A stretch of DNA of 64,000 nucleotides from a virus: positions 64,001 to 128,000 of the IMG/VR virus record IMGVR_UViG_3300001199_000005; one strand, 5' to 3'. This document shows positions 56,729-64,000 of this stretch, one piece after another. The translations under genes and the position numbers were made by a program. How positions within the stretch are numbered: the first letter of the stretch is position 1; every line of letters begins with the position of its first letter. The notes below the pieces were generated by a model. That model saw nothing but the letters and a program-made list of their open reading frames with translations, was not told where the DNA came from and did not search any database.

Positions 56729-58753
56729 ATGACTATGCTTTTTCCAGCACTAAAAAAAGGTAAAATAAGATTAGGTCAATCTGGCTTTAGATTTTATACT
56801 CCAGTCACAGCTCCTGCACAATTACCAAAAGAACCACTTCTCTTACCAGAAGAAAAAGAAGAAAAGAAAGGTAGTAAGAAGGATGATGATGGTATAAAAC
56901 CTTCTGACTTTCAAAATCCGTTTAAGGATGTAAAAGGCTTCTCTATTGATGTCCAAAAATTACAAGATAGGTATTTCAAGCTATACAAAGAGTTATCTCT
57001 TATGCCAGCAGACCAGCTTGCAGCAGTTAAACCTTATTATGTTACTGAAATGAACAATATACTATCTGAAGCTATTGTGTTAGGAAATTATCAGCAGGAA
57101 GGAGATAAGGCTATGGAGTTCCTTAAAAATACTTCTGGAGGCTCTGAATTAGCAAATGATGCTAGTGGTAATGTCTATGTTAAAGAGGTAGAAAGAGATA
57201 CAGAAGGTAAAATTACAAAAGAACTAGGCGTTAGATTAATATCTAAAAAGGAACTATTGACCACAGAGGGCAAATTAAAATATGTTGGTTTAACGGCTAA
57301 TCAGCTTTATCCGATAAGAGATAGGGAGATTCATTTAGGAAATGAGTTATTTGATGGTATGTATAATACTGTTGGTGAGAAAGAATATACAGAAGTAATA
57401 AAGAGTATGGGCGAAAGGAATAAGGCAAATGTAACTAAAAGATTCTTCCTACCCTATATAGATAACAATTTAATAGGCGGTACTTATGCTTTGGGATTAC
57501 CCCGCGATGAGCAAGTAACGTCAAATTTAAATAAATTTATAGAAAGTTCGAAGACTTTAATGACTCATTTACCAGTACCAGTAGTGCATTATTTAAGAAC
57601 TAAAGCTACTGAAATATTATCTAGTGGCCAATTAACTGATTTCCTTAGTGATAAAGAATTACAAAGATATGGAGTTGCAGAAGTTTCAGACGAAACTGAT
57701 AAGAATATACTAAAAAACTCCTTACTATTCAAAAAAGGAAATTCTACATTTTTTATAAAGAATGACTCCTTAGACAGTCTTATTGATTATACAGCTTATA
57801 AAATAGCAAGACAAGACTATATGAATATGGCTGAACACAGCACATCAGAAAGTATAATGAACTATAATGATTTTAAAGGATATTTTGGAAATAAAGATGA
57901 GATTACTGCTTTAAATAAAACGGATTCGTTTATAGCTGGTCTTCAACCTGGAGGTATATATAGAGAGAGTGATGGTGAATTAGTAGATGTTACTGGAGTT
58001 GATATGGAAAAAACATCCTTGAAAATACCTGGAGTTACAGGAACAGAGGATAAAAGTGCAGTAAAATATACTCCAACAATAGAGGAGCAATATAAACCAT
58101 ATATGAAAACACCATTCACCCCTATTAATAAACCAATTATAATCAACGGTGTAGAGTTCAAATCTGACGCCAGTAAGACAGGTGATTTTTTTACACAGTT
58201 AGGTGCTATACATTATCAAACAAATCCTGTCTTTTATGAAGTAGGCGTACCTGATGGGTACGAATTAGACAAGGACGGTAATAAGGTAGTGAAGATGAAA
58301 CGTGAAGTTTACCAAGAAGGTTATATGCTTGTCGGCGAAGAGAATGCAAGCTTACTATCTGCCTCTGGCTTCTTTGATAAGAATGGTAAAAAAATAGATA
58401 CTGTCAGTAAAGATAATGTTGTGGATAGAGATGATTGGTGGTCTTTTAGTAACAATTTTTCAAACTTAAGTATGCTTACCACTAGCCAGACAGAAGCCGT
58501 TGAAAGAGAAAAAATGGTACAAGCAATTAATAAGGCGTGGGGTGATGCTGTTTATCTAGTAAAATACTATTATAAAATAGACCCAACAACTGTTGCAGAC
58601 ATAAACAAATCTAGCGTAACAGCCACTCAAAATATTATGGAAGCTGATTATAAAAATCAAAAAGAAACAGTTGAGAAAAGTAAACAAGCTGAGGATAAGT
58701 TAGGTAGTATTGGTAATTCTTCGAGAAAAGGTGCGGATAAAGAACAAGAATAA
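56729..58753 (+). CDS. Virion cargo protein
   Basis: 674 aa, upstream of the giant virion protein. Confidence 0.65.
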   Translation: MTMLFPALKKGKIRLGQSGFRFYTPVTAPAQLPKEPLLLPEEKEEKKGSKKDDDGIKPSDFQNPFKDVKGFSIDVQKLQDRYFKLYKELSLMPADQLAAVKPYYVTEMNNILSEAIVLGNYQQEGDKAMEFLKNTSGGSELANDASGNVYVKEVERDTEGKITKELGVRLISKKELLTTEGKLKYVGLTANQLYPIRDREIHLGNELFDGMYNTVGEKEYTEVIKSMGERNKANVTKRFFLPYIDNNLIGGTYALGLPRDEQVTSNLNKFIESSKTLMTHLPVPVVHYLRTKATEILSSGQLTDFLSDKELQRYGVAEVSDETDKNILKNSLLFKKGNSTFFIKNDSLDSLIDYTAYKIARQDYMNMAEHSTSESIMNYNDFKGYFGNKDEITALNKTDSFIAGLQPGGIYRESDGELVDVTGVDMEKTSLKIPGVTGTEDKSAVKYTPTIEEQYKPYMKTPFTPINKPIIINGVEFKSDASKTGDFFTQLGAIHYQTNPVFYEVGVPDGYELDKDGNKVVKMKREVYQEGYMLVGEENASLLSASGFFDKNGKKIDTVSKDNVVDRDDWWSFSNNFSNLSMLTTSQTEAVEREKMVQAINKAWGDAVYLVKYYYKIDPTTVADINKSSVTATQNIMEADYKNQKETVEKSKQAEDKLGSIGNSSRKGADKEQE

Positions 58754-58791
58754 GTATTGCATGTATATTAAAAATTAAAAAAGTGTAAACA

Positions 58792-61700
58792 ATGAATGAA
58801 GATTTAGATTTCGGGTTACTATATACGAATATGGCTCAAGCAGGACTTGAGCCATCTCCGCTTAATGTGGTTGGTATGCTTAATTTCCAAAAAGAGAAAG
58901 ATAAGAATAATGCTTTAAAAATTGTCTTTGATGAGGAAAGTAAAGAGAATGTTAGAAAAAAACATGGGGAAGAGTACCTAAAGACTGTTCAAGAAAGCTA
59001 TAATAATTATATAGCTAATGCCGACGCTTTGAAACATAAACAAGTATTTGCAACTTATGGCTATTTGGATAATAGAATATCTAAACACTTTAGACCTGAA
59101 AGTAATATACCATACAAGACAAATGATGTGCCTATTTATATGTCTTGGAACGGCACTACTAATCCTATTTATATTGAGCACCCAGAAAAGATTGCTTCAT
59201 TGCATAATACTCAGTATATAAAAGGCAATTCTCTTGTCGATTTTGGTACTAGGACAATAAATGATGTAGCTAGCACTGCGCTAAATCACAATGAAGGTCT
59301 AGCTGCTTTAGCTACTTATGAAGATAGGTCATTGATAGATGATGAAATTGGTAACACATTAAAAAAGGCAATTAAACAAAAAGAAGTAGATAAGAATACA
59401 ATCTATACTGATAAAGATGATAAGTTTATTTGGAAAATATACCCTGTAGGCAGCACAGAAGCAATTAAAGGACAAATAAGAGGTATTTGGGGTGATAGGA
59501 CAATACAACAAGATAATGTTCTATCTGAAATGGGGCAATCTTTATGGGATTTGGCATTAAATTTTGCTGATGCGGGGATGTTAACCGCCAAGGCGCTTCA
59601 CACAGTAACTAAATTTCCAGACATTTTAACAGGCGGCTATTCTGATTTTATTGCGTCTATGACACAAACTAAACCAAAAAACATCATAGATGGTACATTT
59701 AATGCATATTTTAATTACAGTCAAGCACTAAAGTCGGCGTCTTCAAAAGAAGATGAAGGTGATTGGGCTACCCCTACCAACATCACTAAAATGGTTGTAG
59801 ATGGTACTGGTCAAATAGCTGCTACAATACTTACAGGAGGTCTTGCAGGCGGTGGAACAAAATTTGTACAAGGTACAAGATGGTTTGGAACAAAAGCTTT
59901 ACCTAAGTTCGGTACTGATACTTTAGGAAAACAAGCATCTAAGCATTTTAGTACTGAATTCGCTGGTAAAACATTAGCAGAACTAAATGCAAGAAGGGCA
60001 GGTTATGGTCTTAACATGGCGTTAGCGTCAAGCACAGGATATAAAGAAGCAAGAAGTCAGGGAATGAACGAAGCAAGTTCACTAGGGCTAGCAGCATTAT
60101 ATGGTGCTGCTCTGTTTGCAACTGAGAGATTTACTGGTAGCCAATGGATACAAAAAATAGGTAATAAAAACTTCAGAGAACAGACTGCAAAATATGTTAT
60201 AAATGCAGTAAAGAATGAGGCAGATGTTCTAGGCATATCACTTAAACAAGCTGAAGCTAGATTTGCTAATAATACGAATGGTAAGTTTATGGGGCTAGTT
60301 ACTGGTTTAGCTTCTACTATTTATAAAACTAGTAAATGGATGGGAAGAAGACCAGAATCTTGGATGGTAGCTATCACCAAACCAGGAGTTGCCGAGTCAA
60401 TTCAAGATGGTTCTGAAGGAGCCCTAAACTACTGGTCGAAACATTTAATTAATCAGGTACAGGACGATGCTAAATTTCATTTAGGAGATATAACAGATTC
60501 AGTATTTCCTGGTATGGTTGGCGGTGGTTTAGTTGGTAATATTGCTGGTGGATTTAGATATGGATATTCTAGAAGAGATATTAAAGAATCTTTAGAGAAA
60601 CTTCCAGACGATATTAGAAAAAAAGAACTTATTAATCTTATTGTTTTTGATAATACAGAACATGAAAGATTTAATACAATGATTGATGTAGTTCGTGAGT
60701 TGGGTCAAGAAGGTGCATTTGGATACGAGCATTTTGATTCTACATTAAGCTCTTCTGCGTCCAAAGAAACAGAAAGTCATAATAAGTTCGTAGAAGAAAT
60801 GCTTATTCAGGAAATATATCATATAAAGGGTATTTACGAAATATCAAAATCTAAGTTTCCACAATTTTCTAAGCAAGAATTAGTAAAGACTGTTAGTAAT
60901 ATGCTGGGGAAAGAAACCAGCAGTAAAATTGCTAACTTAATAGGCTCTGACGGTTTGAGTACATCTATTGAAGCTAATGCAAACTATTTATTTGGTGAAG
61001 CTATGATGGCAGCTGTAAAAAAAGATAGCTTAGTAAAAGAAATGGTTACCGAAAATCTATTAAAAGCTGCGCCATCTATGATGATAGATGTTGACGATAT
61101 AGTGGCTTTTAATGGTAAATTTTATGGTGTAAAAAAGAATGACGTAGTAGTAAATCTAAAAGATGAAGAAAGACTTAGGTTGGAACAAGCTTTTAACAAT
61201 TCATATCAAAACTATCAGAAACTTGTTGATTCTAATAGCCATGCTATCACAGCTTATACAGATAAATTAGTTTTAAGGAATGAGGTCAAGAAGAAACTTG
61301 ATTTATTACAAGGAGATAGTAAATTAAGAAAAGAATTAATAGCTGAATTAAATAATATAAATAAAGATATAGACACTAACAGAGATGAACTAATACAAAT
61401 ATTTGGCTCTGAGTCAATTCTAAATAAAGCTATTGATTACAATACTGCTACAAAACTAGAATCTGAGTTAAAAGATGTTGAAAACGGTAGAGTTAGATTC
61501 TATGATAATTTAACCAAATTATTGCTATTTAAAAATGACAATAAAGACTTAAATATTCCTACTAATCCATTTGTAGTATCTTCATACAGAAGAGATAAAC
61601 AATTAGAACTGGAAGTACATAACAAATTGATAGAGGAACTTAACCAAAAAAACTTAGATTTGACTAAAGAAAAGAAATTAGAATTTGAAAAGCTGCTAAA

Positions 61701-64000
61701 GGGTGACCTTAATTTATCTACAATAAAACAATTCTTTGATACATTTTCATTGTTGAAATTAAATCAATCAATTAATAAAGAACTAGAGGCTGAGTTTACC
61801 TCTTTATTTGAAGCTCTTAAAATGAAATTAGAAGCTTCTAAGCAAATTATACCAGATGCTGATTATAATAATAAGTCTATACTAGAGAGTGCTTTAAAAT
61901 TAACTGAAACTTTTAACACCGAACGAAAAAAATTAAATAAAAACCGTAAAAAGAGTACAAAAGAATTTCAATATGAAAGGATGTTACTATTAGATTCTGT
62001 TTATATACAGCTTGAGGAATTATTAAAGAAACAAATTCTGCAAAATTCTGATTTTTCTACATTAACTCTACTATTTGATGATGATACAAGTAGAATGGTG
62101 GACTTATTGAATAAGTTTCAAACTTATAGGAACAACAAAAACTTAGACGGTATCAATAAGGATGAATTCGAAGCATTAAAAGAATTTTATAATAGCCTAG
62201 AATATAAACTATCTGATTTCTTTACACAATTAACTGTTGATTATGGCAATGGTCCAGAGCTTGATATAATATTCATTAAATATTTAATAGATAAATTACC
62301 AGTTTCTACTTATAATAGAAGTATTGATAAAACTATTGCTAATCTTAATCAAAAAGATGATAAAGGTAACTTATTACCAAGCTTTGTACTATATAGTGAG
62401 TATGAACAACAAAAGCCTAATGTAAGTTTAGGTTTAGCTCTGTATAATATTAATGAGGATGGATTATACACAACTTCGTTATTTAATGAAGTTACTAAAT
62501 TAATTGATTCCACCTTTAATGAAATAATAAATGCTGATGGGACTACGACACTAGTACCTAAAGAAAATGTAGATAAATTAGACGAAGCTGATATTCTTTT
62601 ACATAAAATAAATACAAAGCTAGCAATGGCACACGCTTTGGCAATTGATAGTAGATACCAAAAAGATATTGTAGCTAATGATAGTCAATACACCCCTTTC
62701 AGCCCTAGTAAAGAAACAGATATATCTGGAGTAATAATCAATCTAACAAAATTAAAACTGTACTTGGAAGGTAAAATGACAGCAATGGCTGGAGAAAGAA
62801 CTAAAAGAGAAACTCACGATATACGTGTAGGAGCCAGGTTTATACAAAGTAGAACCAAATTTATACTAGAACTACAGGAAATACTTGGTGAGAATAAAGA
62901 AAGAGATATATTGATTGAAGAATTAATAAGTAGTGATAAATTAAACGTAGCAGATTTAATAGCAGACCCTCGCTATGATAAAGGCGGTCCAACATTCTCG
63001 GATAGAATTTACAAAGCGTTAGCCATTGTCTTAAAGCTAGAAACATTATTAGCCGATGAATTAAAAACTAAAACTAGTAATTCAGCAGATTTTGATACTT
63101 TCTTTGGTAGCGATAATTTCAAGGGTTATTTCTCTTTCAACTTAAATAAAAATATTGGTCTAACCGCGGGAGTGGATGATTCCTATTTATATATGCAGGA
63201 TTCTGTAACTTCAAAAGGCCTAGCAGGGCCAACAGACCCTAGAACTAATGAAGAAAGATTTAACTTTTATTTACACCTATTAAGAGGTGGTAATAGAAAT
63301 TTACCAAATCATTTCTTAGATATAGTAAATAAAATAAATAAAACAAATGCAAAAAGTCTTAATGATTTGAACAGTCCTATTACTAGTATAGAACAATTCT
63401 TAGTGGTAAGACAAGGTATGAGCTTTTTGACAATGGATGCTACAGAGCTTCGTAATACAGAAGCTTTAAAAACTAAATTTTACACTAATACAGATATAAC
63501 TTCAAACTTTAAGGTAGGCGCACACCAAACATTAAATAACTTAGAAGAATTTGCTCCAGCTGGTCACTTAGGTATTGTGCCGCAATCATTATACATACCT
63601 GGTATGCCAAGTGCTGGTAAGACTACTTTCATAGTTACATACTTGACAACCTTCTTTACGGAGTACTATAAAGGAAAAAAAATAGCAATATTTACTCAAG
63701 GCGAGAATGAGGATATACTTAGTACTCTGCACGAAACGTTGCAAAATAATGGGTTAGATTTTACGTTTATTAAATCTACGGATAATATATCATTAGATAG
63801 TTTTGATAATATTTTAATATTAACTGATGAATTTACATTAGTTAATGAAGTTGCTGATTATATATTCAAAGTTAGTGAAGATAACCGCGATGATGCTTCT
63901 TTTGTTAATTCTTTACAAAAAAATGTAGATAAGGTAAGAAGAGTATTTATAGGCGACCATTTACAAAAAACTAATGTAGACTCAGTTTCAAACACTGATA
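58792..64000 (+). CDS. Giant virion protein (>1736 aa, truncated) with SF1 helicase domain; expected neighbour or carrier of virion RNA polymerase domains
   Basis: Open from ATG 58792 to window end, so absent from the track; Gly/Ala-rich hydrophobic segments ~59.5-60.6 kb; GMPSAGKTT (63601), ILTDEF, VFIGDHLQ. Confidence 0.8.
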   Translation, partial: MNEDLDFGLLYTNMAQAGLEPSPLNVVGMLNFQKEKDKNNALKIVFDEESKENVRKKHGEEYLKTVQESYNNYIANADALKHKQVFATYGYLDNRISKHFRPESNIPYKTNDVPIYMSWNGTTNPIYIEHPEKIASLHNTQYIKGNSLVDFGTRTINDVASTALNHNEGLAALATYEDRSLIDDEIGNTLKKAIKQKEVDKNTIYTDKDDKFIWKIYPVGSTEAIKGQIRGIWGDRTIQQDNVLSEMGQSLWDLALNFADAGMLTAKALHTVTKFPDILTGGYSDFIASMTQTKPKNIIDGTFNAYFNYSQALKSASSKEDEGDWATPTNITKMVVDGTGQIAATILTGGLAGGGTKFVQGTRWFGTKALPKFGTDTLGKQASKHFSTEFAGKTLAELNARRAGYGLNMALASSTGYKEARSQGMNEASSLGLAALYGAALFATERFTGSQWIQKIGNKNFREQTAKYVINAVKNEADVLGISLKQAEARFANNTNGKFMGLVTGLASTIYKTSKWMGRRPESWMVAITKPGVAESIQDGSEGALNYWSKHLINQVQDDAKFHLGDITDSVFPGMVGGGLVGNIAGGFRYGYSRRDIKESLEKLPDDIRKKELINLIVFDNTEHERFNTMIDVVRELGQEGAFGYEHFDSTLSSSASKETESHNKFVEEMLIQEIYHIKGIYEISKSKFPQFSKQELVKTVSNMLGKETSSKIANLIGSDGLSTSIEANANYLFGEAMMAAVKKDSLVKEMVTENLLKAAPSMMIDVDDIVAFNGKFYGVKKNDVVVNLKDEERLRLEQAFNNSYQNYQKLVDSNSHAITAYTDKLVLRNEVKKKLDLLQGDSKLRKELIAELNNINKDIDTNRDELIQIFGSESILNKAIDYNTATKLESELKDVENGRVRFYDNLTKLLLFKNDNKDLNIPTNPFVVSSYRRDKQLELEVHNKLIEELNQKNLDLTKEKKLEFEKLLKGDLNLSTIKQFFDTFSLLKLNQSINKELEAEFTSLFEALKMKLEASKQIIPDADYNNKSILESALKLTETFNTERKKLNKNRKKSTKEFQYERMLLLDSVYIQLEELLKKQILQNSDFSTLTLLFDDDTSRMVDLLNKFQTYRNNKNLDGINKDEFEALKEFYNSLEYKLSDFFTQLTVDYGNGPELDIIFIKYLIDKLPVSTYNRSIDKTIANLNQKDDKGNLLPSFVLYSEYEQQKPNVSLGLALYNINEDGLYTTSLFNEVTKLIDSTFNEIINADGTTTLVPKENVDKLDEADILLHKINTKLAMAHALAIDSRYQKDIVANDSQYTPFSPSKETDISGVIINLTKLKLYLEGKMTAMAGERTKRETHDIRVGARFIQSRTKFILELQEILGENKERDILIEELISSDKLNVADLIADPRYDKGGPTFSDRIYKALAIVLKLETLLADELKTKTSNSADFDTFFGSDNFKGYFSFNLNKNIGLTAGVDDSYLYMQDSVTSKGLAGPTDPRTNEERFNFYLHLLRGGNRNLPNHFLDIVNKINKTNAKSLNDLNSPITSIEQFLVVRQGMSFLTMDATELRNTEALKTKFYTNTDITSNFKVGAHQTLNNLEEFAPAGHLGIVPQSLYIPGMPSAGKTTFIVTYLTTFFTEYYKGKKIAIFTQGENEDILSTLHETLQNNGLDFTFIKSTDNISLDSFDNILILTDEFTLVNEVADYIFKVSEDNRDDASFVNSLQKNVDKVRRVFIGDHLQKTNVDSVSNTD

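Noticed and set aside
14408-63046. Minus-strand ORFs in the right arm (e.g. 17074, 25439, 29324, 44870, 62861)
   Set aside because: Antisense shadows within long plus-strand genes, with no motifs.
1-64000. Genome-wide stop-codon reassignment as in some crAss-like phages
   Set aside because: Long genes are intact in code 11, TAG and TGA end genes at coupled junctions, and no suppressor tRNA was seen.

Overview
A 64-kb piece of a crAss-like (Crassvirales-type) phage of a Bacteroidota host, read in the standard genetic code. Two arms diverge from a non-coding, origin-like region at about 11.34-11.87 kb. The left arm (minus strand) has small accessory genes (HNH endonuclease, minimal kinase, DUF551, Csx16-like), 10 tRNA genes, one tRNA-like element and several large structured non-coding stretches. 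The right arm (plus strand) has two RepL-like genes, recombination nucleases, putative virion cargo proteins (one is a type IB topoisomerase), patatin, M15 endolysin, a GroES-like protein, terminase, portal, fibre/LRR proteins, spanin-like genes, major capsid, tail ring/muzzle proteins, ejection proteins, and a giant virion protein with an SF1 helicase domain that runs off the window. The top finding is that two tRNA blocks are each preceded by an unannotated leader peptide plus overlapping antiterminator/terminator. The leader codons match the tRNAs downstream: MKTTTYTYSSSWYFLREGC precedes Ser, Ser, Tyr, Trp, and MQFINSLLQPQHLNNQSDWVG precedes Asn, His, Pro. This suggests ribosome-mediated attenuators that make phage tRNAs on demand. 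All calls come from reading the sequence by eye; no searches were run.
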